A model generated the notes under the pieces. It saw only the letters and a program-made list of their open reading frames with translations. It made no database searches and had not been told where the DNA came from. From positions 1,600,001 to 1,664,000 of the forward strand of contig CAWCAG010000005.1 of NCBI GenBank assembly GCA_963793425.1: 64,000 nucleotides of DNA. Reading direction: 5' to 3'. Each line of letters opens with the position of its first letter. Position 1 is the first letter of the stretch. The translations under genes and the position numbers were made by a program. Source of the stretch: an uncultured cyanobacterium (GTDB taxonomy: Bacteria > Cyanobacteriota > Cyanobacteriia > Cyanobacteriales > CAWCAG01). Shown piece after piece: positions 40,440-51,799 of the stretch.

Positions 40440-41840
40440 ATGGTGACAGAGAAGTTTCGCCACCAATTGCAGCAAGAAGCAAAACAGTGGCAACAAGAAG
40501 GATTAATTAATTCTAGTTTGTACGAAAACTTGGCTACTCGCTATCAATTCGGCGAGTTAGAAACCTCAGCGAGAAATCGCTTTGTGATGATTATGCTGGG
40601 GCTGGGGAGTATTTTGCTTAGCTTAGCTGTAATTACGTTTATAGCCGCTAATTGGCAGGTTTGGTCAAGGGAATTAAAAGTAGTTTTGCTACTAAGTTTA
40701 TTCATCATCATCAACACAGCAGGATTTTATCTCTGGCGACAACCTGAACAATCTTGGCAATTCCGTTCGGGGCAAGGATTACTGTTGCTAGGATCTTTGG
40801 TTATGGGGGCAAACATAGCACTAATGTCCCAAATGTTCCACCAAACTGGGCCAGTTTATCAACTGTACCTTATTTGGGGTGCAGGGGTATTAGTGATGGC
40901 TTATCTTTTAAGATCGACTTTGTTAGGAATCCTGGCTACAATCCTCATTACTATTAGCCATTTTACGGGATGGCAAAATACATGGATTTATGCCGCATTT
41001 CCTGATGGGCTTTCTTACCAGCTTGTCTGGCAACATTTACCTCTGGTAGCTAGTGTAGCTTTAATTCCTTTAGCATACTGGTGTCGTTCTCGTTGGATTT
41101 TTGCTATAAGTGCAGTCTTAATCGCCTTTTCTGTGCAAACTAACCTAGGTGTGTATTGGCAAATAGGATTTATAGCTGCGATCGCCCTAAGTTTGCCTCC
41201 TGGCTTATTATGGGGCTATCAAGATTACTTTTGGTTAAATGATGACGGTGACAGAGTAAGTTTGTTTGCACCCATCGCCCGTGGCTTAGCAATTTTCAAT
41301 CTTAGTGTACTGTTTTATGCCTTTTCCTTTCACTACCTCTGGGAAGTGCCTCAATCTGTATATGGATCAGCCCCAACCTTATCATCTCAAGACTGGCCGG
41401 TTTTATTAGATCCTTTCCTCCTCACAGCCCTGACCATATTTTTCTGGTTGCGTTTAAGCTATTCAGTCAATCGTCGTCGCTGGCGTTTAGATTCTACCTC
41501 TGGGGTAATTGCCCTGATGATTTTAACTATGGGTGCAGTTTGTTGGTGGCATATTAGCATCAATTCCTTAGAAATCTTCGCTACTTTAATCTTTAACATC
41601 TTGCTAGGTTTGTTAGGTATTGGCTTAATTCGAGAAGCTTTAGGGGATGGCAGAAGATTAGGCTTTTGGTGGGGAATTATCTTAGTGGTAGTGCAAATTC
41701 TTTCTCGGATGTTGGAATACGACACCAGCTTAGTCCTCAAAGCCTTTGTTTTATTCCTTTGCGGCATTGGTGTAATTGCTGCTGGGCTTTGGTTTGAACG
41801 CTATGTTAGAACCCTACGCAACCTGCCAGAAGGTAGCTAA
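40440..41840 (+). CDS. DUF2157-family membrane protein
   Basis: W..EGLI start, ITFIAANW, GANIALMSQMFH, many TM helices. Confidence 0.85.
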   Translation: MVTEKFRHQLQQEAKQWQQEGLINSSLYENLATRYQFGELETSARNRFVMIMLGLGSILLSLAVITFIAANWQVWSRELKVVLLLSLFIIINTAGFYLWRQPEQSWQFRSGQGLLLLGSLVMGANIALMSQMFHQTGPVYQLYLIWGAGVLVMAYLLRSTLLGILATILITISHFTGWQNTWIYAAFPDGLSYQLVWQHLPLVASVALIPLAYWCRSRWIFAISAVLIAFSVQTNLGVYWQIGFIAAIALSLPPGLLWGYQDYFWLNDDGDRVSLFAPIARGLAIFNLSVLFYAFSFHYLWEVPQSVYGSAPTLSSQDWPVLLDPFLLTALTIFFWLRLSYSVNRRRWRLDSTSGVIALMILTMGAVCWWHISINSLEIFATLIFNILLGLLGIGLIREALGDGRRLGFWWGIILVVVQILSRMLEYDTSLVLKAFVLFLCGIGVIAAGLWFERYVRTLRNLPEGS

Positions 41841-41886
41841 GTTCAAAATTATTGCAGTGAAAAAGAAGCAAAAAAAATTAAAAACC

Positions 41887-42504
41887 ATGAACTCTCCTCG
41901 TAATTCCTCTCCTTTAACCGCAGCTTGGCGTTTCTGGCTGCCTTTGTGTTTACAAATTGTACTTATTTTAACTGTCCCTGCCCAAGCAGTCTATACCCAT
42001 CTTTCCGGGCAAACCGTCATCCTGCAAACTGTCCCCGTAGATCCCTATGACTTGCTGCGGGGTTACTCTCAAACCTTAAGATACCAGGTTTCTCAACCAG
42101 ATACCTTTAAAAATCTACCTGGAGGAGAAATCATTCCCTCAGACAACAAACCAGGACGACAACAGATTGATGTATACATCACGTTGCAAGCCCCAGCTAA
42201 TGCAGAATCTACTCCAGGAAGCCCTACACCTTGGCAACCTGTAGCTATTAGTGGCAACCTACCTAATAATTTATCGCCTAATCAAGTTGCTTTGCGGGGT
42301 GAATATTATTATACTTCCATTGAATATGGCTTAGAAACCTATTATTTTCCTGAAGATCGCCGGGAAGAAATCAACAGCGAGATTGGGCAAACCTTTGGTA
42401 ATTCACCCGAAGAACGTCCTTTTGTGGTAGAAGTTAAGGTTGATAGTCGAGGTAACGCTGTGGTAGATAGTTTGTGGGTTGGTGATCGCAAATATAAGTT
42501 TTAA
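41887..42504 (+). CDS. GDYXXLXY-domain protein
   Basis: LQTVPVDPYDLLRGYSQTLRY and YGLETYYFPE; usual partner of DUF2157. Confidence 0.88.
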   Translation: MNSPRNSSPLTAAWRFWLPLCLQIVLILTVPAQAVYTHLSGQTVILQTVPVDPYDLLRGYSQTLRYQVSQPDTFKNLPGGEIIPSDNKPGRQQIDVYITLQAPANAESTPGSPTPWQPVAISGNLPNNLSPNQVALRGEYYYTSIEYGLETYYFPEDRREEINSEIGQTFGNSPEERPFVVEVKVDSRGNAVVDSLWVGDRKYKF

Positions 42505-42775
42505 GCTTGGGGTTTGACTGTTAATGGTAAGTTAGACTACAATTCCCTTAGTTCCAGAGGTATAAAGGGCTGGCGATCACATTTTTTAAACTTTGCAAAA
42601 TATTAAGAAAAAAATCTTTTTTTTGAGCTTTGCGGCTTTTTGCTCTTGACGTAGTATAATTATTTTAGATAATGGGGATAGTGACATTTTTTTTTGTTTA
42701 ATAGTATCTATTCACCATTATGAAATATACCATGTCACGAAGATAGAATCAAGAGAAAGATTATTATCAGAAACC

Positions 42776-43669
42776 ATGAAAAATATCGCTAAAAAACTAA
42801 CCTACACAACTGCAGGCTTATTTAGCACCGTTGCTTTACTAGCAACTTGGAGTTTCATTGAACCTCGTTTTCTAAATACGATAACTGAAGTTGCCGAAAT
42901 TCCTAACCTTCCTCAATCGTGGCAGGGCAAACAAATTGGTCAAATCTCAGACTTCCAAATTGGACTGTGGGGAGATAATCGCGGCACTGTGCGTCGTAGT
43001 GTTGATAAATTAATTGCAGCCAAACCTGCTGCGGTGTTAATTAGTGGTGACTTTCTTTATCACTCTACACCCAACCCGGAACCAGAAATTGAAACAGCAG
43101 TCGGTTTAGTTCGTCCTCTGGTTGAAGCCGGGATTCCCACCTATGCAGTGTTGGGCAACCATGATTACGGCATGAGTGAAAAGTCTGCACCCCCTAAAAC
43201 AGAATTAGCAAACCGTTTAGAAACAGCATTAGAAGCAGCAGGAATAGAAGTGCTGGAAAATGAAGCGGTGGAATTGCAATTACCCGATAGCAATCAGCCT
43301 CTTTATTTGGTGGGAGTTGGTTCCCTGTGGGCAAATAGAGATAATGTAAAACAAGCTTTAAGCAATGTACCAAACAACAGTCCCCAAATCGTCATGATGC
43401 ACAACCCCGACTCATTTGAAAAGTTCCCTGCTAATTCAGCCCCTTTAGCGGTTGCAGGGCATACCCATGGAGGACAAGTTCGTGTTCCCTATACACCCCA
43501 ATGGTCATGGTTGAGGTTCACCGAACCTGATAAAGTGTATGCAGATGGTTGGGCAAAGGGTTATGGCAAACCGGGCAACCAACTTTATGTTAACGTTGGC
43601 ATTGGTATGAGTATGGCCCCCATACGTTTGTTTTGCCTACCAGAATTAACCTTGTTTACTCTCAATTAG
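42776..43669 (+). CDS. Metallophosphoesterase
   Basis: SDFQ, SGD, LGNHD, HNPD and GHTHGGQ motifs. Confidence 0.92.
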   Translation: MKNIAKKLTYTTAGLFSTVALLATWSFIEPRFLNTITEVAEIPNLPQSWQGKQIGQISDFQIGLWGDNRGTVRRSVDKLIAAKPAAVLISGDFLYHSTPNPEPEIETAVGLVRPLVEAGIPTYAVLGNHDYGMSEKSAPPKTELANRLETALEAAGIEVLENEAVELQLPDSNQPLYLVGVGSLWANRDNVKQALSNVPNNSPQIVMMHNPDSFEKFPANSAPLAVAGHTHGGQVRVPYTPQWSWLRFTEPDKVYADGWAKGYGKPGNQLYVNVGIGMSMAPIRLFCLPELTLFTLN

Positions 43670-43788
43670 CTTCAACTGTTGTATCTGAGAAGCTTACACA
43701 ATGAAAACTATGTAACAACAAGCGGTACACTTATAACTATAAGCAACGAGACTTCCCTAACTGCTCCAAAGTGAGATAATTTTGAGCC

Positions 43789-46320
43789 ATGCAACGCATC
43801 GTTTTAATTGCTGGATTTGAATCTTTTAATGCTAACTTATATCGCCAAGCGGCAAAATTGGCTACTTCTCGTTGTGCTGAATTGGATATTCAAATATTTA
43901 GCGATCGCGATCTAATTTCTCAACCGGAAAACATCGCTACAGCATTGGCAGATGCAGATATATTTTTTGCTAGTTTGATATTTGATTATGATCAGGTATT
44001 GTGGTTGCGGCAAAGGGTAGACAATATTCCCATTCGTTTAGTGTTTGAGTCGGCTTTGGAATTAATGAGTCTGACTCGCTTAGGTAAATTTGTGATTGGT
44101 GATCAGCCCAAGGGAATGCCGAAACCGATTAAGTTTATCCTTAGTAAATTTAGTAATTCCAGGGAAGAAGATAAGTTAGCTGGTTATCTAAGTTTTCTTA
44201 AAGTTGGCCCAAAATTATTAAAATATATTCCTGCTAAAAAAGTGCAGGATTTACGGAACTGGTTAATCATTTATGGTTACTGGAATGCTGGAGGAAGTGA
44301 TAATGTGGCAGCAATGTTTTGGGTACTTGCCCAGAAGTATTTAAGGCTGGAGGTGGGAGCAATTCCTACTCCTTTAGAAACTCCTAACATGGGTTTGTTA
44401 CATCCAGAATATGCTGGTTATTTCACTTCTCCCCAGGATTATTTGGATTGGTATAGGCAATTTCTAAAAACCGATTCCTGGGAAGCTGGGGAGGAGGAGA
44501 GATGGGGGGGAGAATCCAGTTATTGCTATTCTTTTATATCGCAAACACGTTATCACCAAACAACCCTATATTTCTCAATTAATTCGCTATTTTGAAGAGG
44601 AAGGATTAACCCCTTTACCTATTTTTATTAATGGTGTGGAAGGTCATGTAGCAGTTAGGGATTGGTTAACCACTGCCTATGAAACTCAACAACGACAACA
44701 GGGCAACAAAGCCATCCTTTCCTTAATCCCTGAAGCCGTAGAAGTTGAAGTAATCGTCTCTACCATTGGTTTTCCCTTAGTTGGTGGTCCCGCAGGTTCC
44801 ATGGAAGCAGGGAGACAGGTGGAGGTTGCTAAAACTATCTTACAAGCCAAGAATATTCCTTATCTTATAGCTGCACCTTTATTAATTCAAGATATTCATT
44901 CCTGGACTCGTCAAGGTATTGGAGGGTTGCAAAGTGTGGTGTTATATTCCTTGCCGGAGTTGGATGGGGCAATTGATACCGTACCTTTGGGAGGATTGGT
45001 GGGGGATGATATTTATCTGATTCCCGAACGGGTTAAGCGGTTAACAGGGCGGCTGAAAAGCTGGATTAAGTTACATAACACCCCTGTTCAGGAAAAGAAA
45101 ATTGCCATTATTTTATACAACTTCCCCCCAGGTTACGGGGCAACGGGGACAGCCGCCTTATTAAATGTGCCGCGATCGCTACTTAAATTATTGCAAAGCC
45201 TTAAAGAAGCAGGTTATCAAGTTGGGGAATTGCCGGAATCTGGAGAAGAATTAATCCGCCAGATTAAAGCAGCGGATGAAGATTACCAAGGAGAAAATAC
45301 CGTTAATGTCCAAACCTTAGAAACATGGTTAGGACATCTCCACTGGAATCGTATTACTAAACATTGGCAATCCCTTACCGAAACAGGAATTAAAACCCAA
45401 AAAGAGCAGTTTCACCTGGGTGGGGTGCAACTAGGAAATATTTGGCTGGGGGTGCAACCTCCTTTGGGTATAGAAGGAGATCCTATGCGGTTAATGTTTG
45501 AGAAAGATTTAACCCCCCATCCCCAATACACCGCCTTCTATCAGTGGTTGCAAAAGCAGTGGCAAGCTGATGCCCTAATTCATTTTGGGATGCACGGTAC
45601 GGTAGAATGGTTACCTGGTTCTCCTTTAGGTAATACAGGTTATTCTTGGCCAGATTTATTGTTAGGAAATTTACCCAATTTATACATCTACGCAGCTAAT
45701 AATCCTTCAGAATCTATCCTCGCCAAGCGTCGAGGTTATGGAGTTTTGATTTCCCACAACGTCCCTCCCTATGGCAGGGCTGGGTTATACAAAGAGTTGA
45801 TGGCACTGCGGGAATTAATTGGGGAATATCGCGAAGATCCTCAGAAAAACTATCTCTTAAAAGAGGCCATTTGCCAAAAAATTGTTGATGCAGGTATAAA
45901 TAAGGATTGCCCCTTTGCAGAAGGGAGAAAGTCAGGTATTGCTTTTAATGTTGAAAAGGCTAAGTTGTTTAGCAAAAAGGTAATTAACGATTATTTCCTT
46001 CAGGTTTATGAATACTTACAAGGGGTGCTTATGAAATCTCTCAACGTCTGACAGCCTTGATTGGTTGGGGTGGTACTGTGGATTTTTGTGATAATTGGGT
46101 ATACGAACAAGCGGCAGATACCTACGCTTTAGATGAGGAGATGGCAACAAAGTTAAGGTCAGCAAATCCGGAAGCATTTCGTAACATTGTGGAGAGGATG
46201 TTGGAAGCAAATGGAAGAGGGTTTTGGGATGCGGATGGAGAGAGGTTAGAGAAATTAAGAGAGATATATGAGTTAGCGGATGAGGAAATTGAGGGAGTAG
46301 GGGCGGTTTCTAGTCAATAA
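43789..46320 (+). pseudogene. bchH: Magnesium chelatase subunit H paralog (bchH/chlH-like), frameshifted and internally deleted
   Basis: Three segments: frameshift at the G7 run 44504-44510; GFPLVGGPAG, HFGMHGTVEWLPG, NNPSE..AKRRG; at about 46022 jumps to the C-terminal GAYEISQRLTALIGWGG...LEANGRGFW. Confidence 0.88.
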
Positions 46321-46452
46321 CTAAATCTTGTTCAATCTGCGATCACCTCATAAATTCAACGATTCAAAATCATTTTATCTATGATGACTTTTTTCACATT
46401 CCATCTATACTCTATTCAGCAAGACCAAAAATATATCTTTAAATGACTATTT

Positions 46453-48261
46453 ATGCAAACAATTGATTGGCTCATTGTCTTACTTTACATGGTAACCACT
46501 ATGGGGGTGGGAATCTATTTATCTCGTAAAGCCTCGAAAAGCTTAGTAGATTTTTTCGTATCCGGGCGATCGCTACCTTGGTGGTTAGCGGGTACAAGTA
46601 TGGCAGCCACCACCTTTTCCATTGATACTCCTTTATATATAGCCGCAGTAGTAGCAGGGCGAGGTATTGCCGGAAACTGGGAATGGTGGGGTTTTGGCAT
46701 TGCCCATATTATCCTTATTTATATCTTCTCCCGTCTGTGGAGGCGTTCAGAAGTTGTCACCGATGCCCAGTTAACAGAGATGCGTTATGGGGGCAACATG
46801 GCTGCTTTGTTGCGGGGAACAAAAGCCTTTCTTTTCGCTGTACCCATTAATTGTATCGGTATTGGTTTAGCCATGCTAGCAACGGTTAAGGTAGTTGATG
46901 CCTTGGAATTGTGGCAAAGTTTAGGTTTTGAACCAGGGAACAACCTCAAAATTTGGAGTGTCATTGGAGTTAGTGTTTTTGTCTTGGTTTATGCTGGTTT
47001 TGCTGGTTTGTGGGGAGTTGTTGCCACAGACTTTTTCCAGTTTTTCCTGGGTTTATTCGGGGCTATAGTTGTTGCAGTGGTTGCTGTTAATCATGTTGGG
47101 GGCATCCATGAATTAATTCCCCAGGTTCAAGCTAACACAGACATTGATGTTTTAGCCTTTTTCCCCTTCACCATAGGTAGTAAAGGTATTGTTTGGAGTG
47201 ATGCAGCAGGGATTACCGCAACCACTTTCTCAGCTTATGTATTTGTAAACTGGTGGTCATTTCGTCGTAGCGATGGCGGAGGAGAGTTTGTACAACGTCT
47301 GGCCGCAGCAAAAGATGAAGCAGAAGCAGAAAAAGCTTCCTGGTTTTTCAACCTCTTACATTACATCATCCGTACCTGGCCTTGGATAGTTGTTGCCTTA
47401 GTTGCCATTGTGGTATATCCAGACTTAGAAGATCCTGAATTTGGTTATCCCAAATTAATGCTGGATTTCTTACCCACAGGCATATTAGGACTAGTGGTTG
47501 CTTCCTTAGTTGCCGCTTTCATGAGTACAGTTTCCACCTCCATTAATTGGGGTGCATCCTATTTAACCAACGACATCTACCTGCGTTTCCTTAAACCCAA
47601 CGCTAGCCAAACTCAGTTAGTGACTTTTGGGCGTTTCGCTTCTGTTTTCGTTACCTTTTTGGGGGCATTAGCAGCCTTCTTTTCGGAGAATGTCGCCACA
47701 GTATTCCAACTAATTATTGCCATCGGCACTGGGCCAGGGTTAGTCTTAATTTTACGCTGGTTTTGGTGGCGTATCAACGCTGCCGCAGAATTAACAGCTA
47801 TGTTAGGAGGATTTAGCATCGGTTTAGTTACCACTACTTTCCCTGAAGTTAATGAGATGGAGGTTTTTGCTGATTTTGGTACACGATTATTGATCATTTC
47901 GGTAACAACTGCCTTTCTTTGGATTGCGGTAATGCTAATAACTCCTCCAGAATCCGATGCAACCCTTGATGCCTTCTACACGAAAGTACGTCCCGGTGGT
48001 CCCGGTTGGCAACGTCAGAGGGAACGTACAGGGATAAAATCAGAGCAGAATTTAGCCCAGGATATCCTTAAAGTTATTGCGGCAGTATTCCTGCTTTTCG
48101 GGACAATGTTCGCCACCGGTGGCTTTTTATTGCTACAGCCCAAAACTGGTTGGATTTCTTTGATAGTTGCCGTATTAAGTGGTTTCTGGTTGCGTCAACT
48201 CAGTAAGCGCAAAATCTTACCGATGCCGAGGCCAGGACTTGATGATGATGATTTTAGCTAA
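46453..48261 (+). CDS. Sodium:solute symporter family protein
   Basis: DFFVSGRSLPWWLAGTSM, AAFMST, many TM helices. Confidence 0.93.
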   Translation: MQTIDWLIVLLYMVTTMGVGIYLSRKASKSLVDFFVSGRSLPWWLAGTSMAATTFSIDTPLYIAAVVAGRGIAGNWEWWGFGIAHIILIYIFSRLWRRSEVVTDAQLTEMRYGGNMAALLRGTKAFLFAVPINCIGIGLAMLATVKVVDALELWQSLGFEPGNNLKIWSVIGVSVFVLVYAGFAGLWGVVATDFFQFFLGLFGAIVVAVVAVNHVGGIHELIPQVQANTDIDVLAFFPFTIGSKGIVWSDAAGITATTFSAYVFVNWWSFRRSDGGGEFVQRLAAAKDEAEAEKASWFFNLLHYIIRTWPWIVVALVAIVVYPDLEDPEFGYPKLMLDFLPTGILGLVVASLVAAFMSTVSTSINWGASYLTNDIYLRFLKPNASQTQLVTFGRFASVFVTFLGALAAFFSENVATVFQLIIAIGTGPGLVLILRWFWWRINAAAELTAMLGGFSIGLVTTTFPEVNEMEVFADFGTRLLIISVTTAFLWIAVMLITPPESDATLDAFYTKVRPGGPGWQRQRERTGIKSEQNLAQDILKVIAAVFLLFGTMFATGGFLLLQPKTGWISLIVAVLSGFWLRQLSKRKILPMPRPGLDDDDFS

Positions 48262-48331
48262 GATGTAATATTACCAAATCTGGTTACTAAAGTAGTAGTA
48301 TAAATCTAATTTGCTTTAGTTTATACAAAGC

Positions 48332-49675
48332 CTAATTATCCCCTAAAGTAGGCAATAAAACCTTAAATGTGGAACCTTGTTCTAACTTACTTGTTACAGA
48401 AATAGAACCACCGCAGCGTAATAATAGATGATGGACAATAGTTAAGCCTAACCCAGCTCCTTTTCTATTTTCCATGCCAGTTATTCTACCTCGATAAAAA
48501 CTATTAAAAATGTTTTTGAGATCAGTAGCAGCAATGCCAAAACCTGTATCAGTAAATGTTAGCTGCACTTTTTCTGTGGCTAGAGAAACAAAGACAGAAA
48601 CTTGACCTCCGGAGGGGGTAAATTTGAGACAATTATCAAGAAGATTAATAATAATTTGTTTCAACCAATTACTCGGACAAGCAATTAAAGGTAAATCCGC
48701 CGTAACGGTATAACCAAGACGAATGCCTTTTTCTGTGGCCAAAGGTTGATAGATGCTAACAATACCAGGGACTAAATCTGTAACTGAAGCAATACATTGC
48801 TTATTTTTTTGAGAAAGCTTTTCTAATGCCACCAATTCCCCTAAACCACCAATCAAAGCCCCCTGGCGCTCACATTCTCCTTTTAGCATAGAAGTATAAT
48901 GCTTTCTTTGGGCTAATCTCAGTTGTTTGAACTCTAACAAACTTAGAGCAGTTTTCATGGTGCTAAGGGGAGTACAAAGTTCCGTCACCATCTGAGAAAG
49001 AAGTTCATCTTTGAAATGCAAAGAATTGTCTAAAGCTGCTTGATCTTCTTGGGATCGCCTCATCACAGTTTCAGCTTGGTCAATTTTTTCTTGACACTGG
49101 GCCTGTTTAAGCAAAAGATTAGTAACAAAATTAGATTGGTTATTAGCTAGAGGCTGATTAACAGATTTCCTTACTCTATCAACTGGCTTTTCAGGAAAAG
49201 AAACCGCTTGTTTAATAGCATTAAGTACAGTGTAAGTTAATGAGCTTTCACAACTAAATAGCACCTGCATTTGGTCAGGAATGTCATTTTTTCTTCCTAG
49301 AATAAAAGCTAAAAATTGTGATGATCTGACTAAGAAAAAAAAATCTCTTTGGAGTTGGTTATCTTTTGGTAACTCTATGGGAATAACAGAAGTAAGCAGA
49401 CTTTTATTCTTGAGGGCATCAGGAAGACAATAGTAAACTTTGCTACTAGCAACTTTTCCTTGTTGCTGATAGCGTTCAATTTCTCTCAACCAACTCTGAT
49501 CTTCCGGCGGTTTAACCCAGAAATCAGCAACTACCCTCTCCTCAATTAACAAATCCATCAATACTTTGAGTAAATTCTGAAAAGTTGTCAAACTTAACGC
49601 TATTGAAGGTGGGGTTTGGGGTAATGCTTGGGCAAATCGAAATAGGGAAAGTGTTGCAGGGGGTGATAATGCCAT
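48332..49675 (-). CDS. DICT-like sensor with histidine kinase-like HATPase domain
   Basis: NLLDNCLKFT, DTGFGI and GAGLGLTIV boxes; H-box reads VTELCTPL. Confidence 0.85.
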   Translation of the reverse strand: MALSPPATLSLFRFAQALPQTPPSIALSLTTFQNLLKVLMDLLIEERVVADFWVKPPEDQSWLREIERYQQQGKVASSKVYYCLPDALKNKSLLTSVIPIELPKDNQLQRDFFFLVRSSQFLAFILGRKNDIPDQMQVLFSCESSLTYTVLNAIKQAVSFPEKPVDRVRKSVNQPLANNQSNFVTNLLLKQAQCQEKIDQAETVMRRSQEDQAALDNSLHFKDELLSQMVTELCTPLSTMKTALSLLEFKQLRLAQRKHYTSMLKGECERQGALIGGLGELVALEKLSQKNKQCIASVTDLVPGIVSIYQPLATEKGIRLGYTVTADLPLIACPSNWLKQIIINLLDNCLKFTPSGGQVSVFVSLATEKVQLTFTDTGFGIAATDLKNIFNSFYRGRITGMENRKGAGLGLTIVHHLLLRCGGSISVTSKLEQGSTFKVLLPTLGDN

Positions 49676-50061
49676 TTATTATTTATCGTTTAACATTAAT
49701 CATTTGTGTCCTCTCCTAGCTATAAGCTGGGTGACACCTGGAAAAATCTGGAACTCTAGCCAACCATGGGGATTAATCTATAAGTATCGAGCTTTAAAAA
49801 GCATTAGATTAGGAACACACTAATCGATACCTGAATTTATTCAATGTAGATGCTGAATAAACCTTTATAGTTCCCCTTGCTCGCTTCTATAATAGCCTTG
49901 GGACTAAAATTTTAGTGAAGTAATTATTTTGAGTCATCGGTTTCGAGGGGAAAAGATTAAGCAAAGACTAAAAAACTTAAACTTTCTAGACTAATTTGTC
50001 CATAAAGAGACAAATTCCCCCAAAATAAAGAATCATACACAACCTTTGGAGTAGTGACAAA

Positions 50062-50850
50062 ATGCTGGCATACATTCTAGCTGTGGCCGTAAGTCTTGGT
50101 AGCTTGGCCCTTTATATGGCAGCTTTCTTTTTCCCGAAACTACATCGCAAAAGCGATTTTTATTGGAGTATACCAGGCTTATTTTATGCTCTAATATTGT
50201 GGGTATGTGCGGGACAAATTACTGGTGCTGTATTATTGGGGCAATTAGCCGTAGTAGCACTTTTGGGCTGGTTCGCTTGGCAAACTGTTTCTTTGCGTTA
50301 TGTTTTAGAAGCCCCGGAAGAAAGAACGGAAGCTGACCAGGATTTATTAGAAAAAATCAAAGGCTTTTTACCCACCAAGTTCTTTACTTCTCTTGCCAGT
50401 CGTCCTCCTAAAGCAACGCCGGAAGTAGAAGTTAAAGATACATTCTCTGCAACTACAGAAGTTGAATTAGAGTTACCTCCGGAAGTTCTTGAAGCAACAA
50501 CAGAAATAGCTTCAGAAGTTCCGGAAGTGCCAGAAGTTGAAGCAGAAATGCCTCCAGAAACTCCTGAAGTAGAAGCAACCGCAGAAACAGCTTTAGAAGT
50601 TCCGGAAGTGCCAGAAGTTGAAGCAGAAATCCCTTCAGAAACTCCTGATGCAGAGATTGTCATCGAAAATCCTGTAGTAGACGGTATTGAGATTAGCAAT
50701 GATCTTCCGGAAGAAACAGAAGAAACTGCTAATGAAACTGAATCTAACCTTAAACCAAAACCAGAAAGGAAAAAAGTTGCTGATACTTCAGAATCTCCAG
50801 TAACCTTTGAAGAAAGGGTCATCCAACAAAGACCTACGGATAAATCCTAA
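50062..50850 (+). CDS. ycf66: Ycf66-family protein with acidic Glu/Pro-rich repeat tail
   Basis: AFFFPKLHRKSDF.WS..GLFYALILW; 81-bp internal duplication at about 50491-50648. Confidence 0.8.
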   Translation: MLAYILAVAVSLGSLALYMAAFFFPKLHRKSDFYWSIPGLFYALILWVCAGQITGAVLLGQLAVVALLGWFAWQTVSLRYVLEAPEERTEADQDLLEKIKGFLPTKFFTSLASRPPKATPEVEVKDTFSATTEVELELPPEVLEATTEIASEVPEVPEVEAEMPPETPEVEATAETALEVPEVPEVEAEIPSETPDAEIVIENPVVDGIEISNDLPEETEETANETESNLKPKPERKKVADTSESPVTFEERVIQQRPTDKS

Positions 50851-50897
50851 CTTGATTGTTTATCCTGAAAATAGCATTCATTCTAATTGTTGAGGGA

Positions 50898-50926
50898 GCG
50901 ATGCCGAAGGCAAGCGAAGCTAACGC
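50898..50926. mobile_element. HIP1 site split by a 21-nt insertion (SDR5-like)
   Basis: GCGAT + gccgaaggcaagcgaagctaa (21 nt) + CGC. Confidence 0.75.
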
Positions 50927-50928
50927 AG

Positions 50929-51771
50929 ATGGTACAATTTAAACCGCTTTTGCATCTACCAACCAGCGAAGAGCTACCTTGCTCTGATGATACCCCTGTG
51001 GATAACGAACTCCAAAATCTTGTTCCCAACTTACTCTTAAACATTCTTGCTTTTTTATGGCAAGAACGGCAAGATTGGTTTTTTGGGGTAGATATGGGTA
51101 TCTACTACCAAGATGAAAACGAATCGGAAGGTTACAAGCTGATCATACCAGATGGTTTCTTGAGTATTGGTGTACCGAGACGTTCTGGTAAAAATGGCAG
51201 ACTTAGTTATGTGTTGTGGGAAGAAAAGGTTTCCCCAATCCTGGCTATTGAAGTAGTCTCTAAAACCTACAACGATGAGTATGAAGAGAAACTGGAAAAG
51301 TATCGTGATTTAGGAATACTTTACTACCTAATCTACAACCCCAGTTATTGGCAAAGAGACGAGCATCAACCTTTGGAGTTGTATCGTTTAGAAGAGGGAG
51401 AATATATCTTACAAACAGAAGAGCCTTATTGGTTGCCAGAAATAGGCTTAGGAATAGGTAGAAACAGGGTAACTCATTTAGGATGGGAAAGAGAATGGCT
51501 GCTTTGGTATAACCAAGAGGGTGAAGCTTATTCCCTTGCCGAAGAAGCAATAGAGCAAATGCAACAGCAGCTTGGAAAGGAGCGTCAGCGTGCCGAGAGA
51601 GCGGAAAAAAGAGCTAAAGAAGCGCAAGTTAAGGCTGAAGAAGAAAGACAACTTAGAGAAAAGCAACAAAGACAGATTGTAACTCAACTCGACTCTATGG
51701 GATTAAATGCAGGACAAATCGCTGAGGCTTGTAATCTTCCCCTGGCAGAAGTTAGAGCTATTCTAGAATAA
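50929..51771 (+). CDS. Uma2-family endonuclease
   Basis: LPCSDDTPVDNELQ, PDGFL, EVVS, K..Y..LGI.YY. Confidence 0.9.
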   Translation: MVQFKPLLHLPTSEELPCSDDTPVDNELQNLVPNLLLNILAFLWQERQDWFFGVDMGIYYQDENESEGYKLIIPDGFLSIGVPRRSGKNGRLSYVLWEEKVSPILAIEVVSKTYNDEYEEKLEKYRDLGILYYLIYNPSYWQRDEHQPLELYRLEEGEYILQTEEPYWLPEIGLGIGRNRVTHLGWEREWLLWYNQEGEAYSLAEEAIEQMQQQLGKERQRAERAEKRAKEAQVKAEEERQLREKQQRQIVTQLDSMGLNAGQIAEACNLPLAEVRAILE

Positions 51772-51799
51772 CTGCTTCCTAGGGTGAGTTTATTTGGCT

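Noticed and set aside
50298..50822. 174-aa Ser/Thr-rich ORF on the minus strand
   Set aside because: Shadow of the Glu/Pro-rich ycf66 tail
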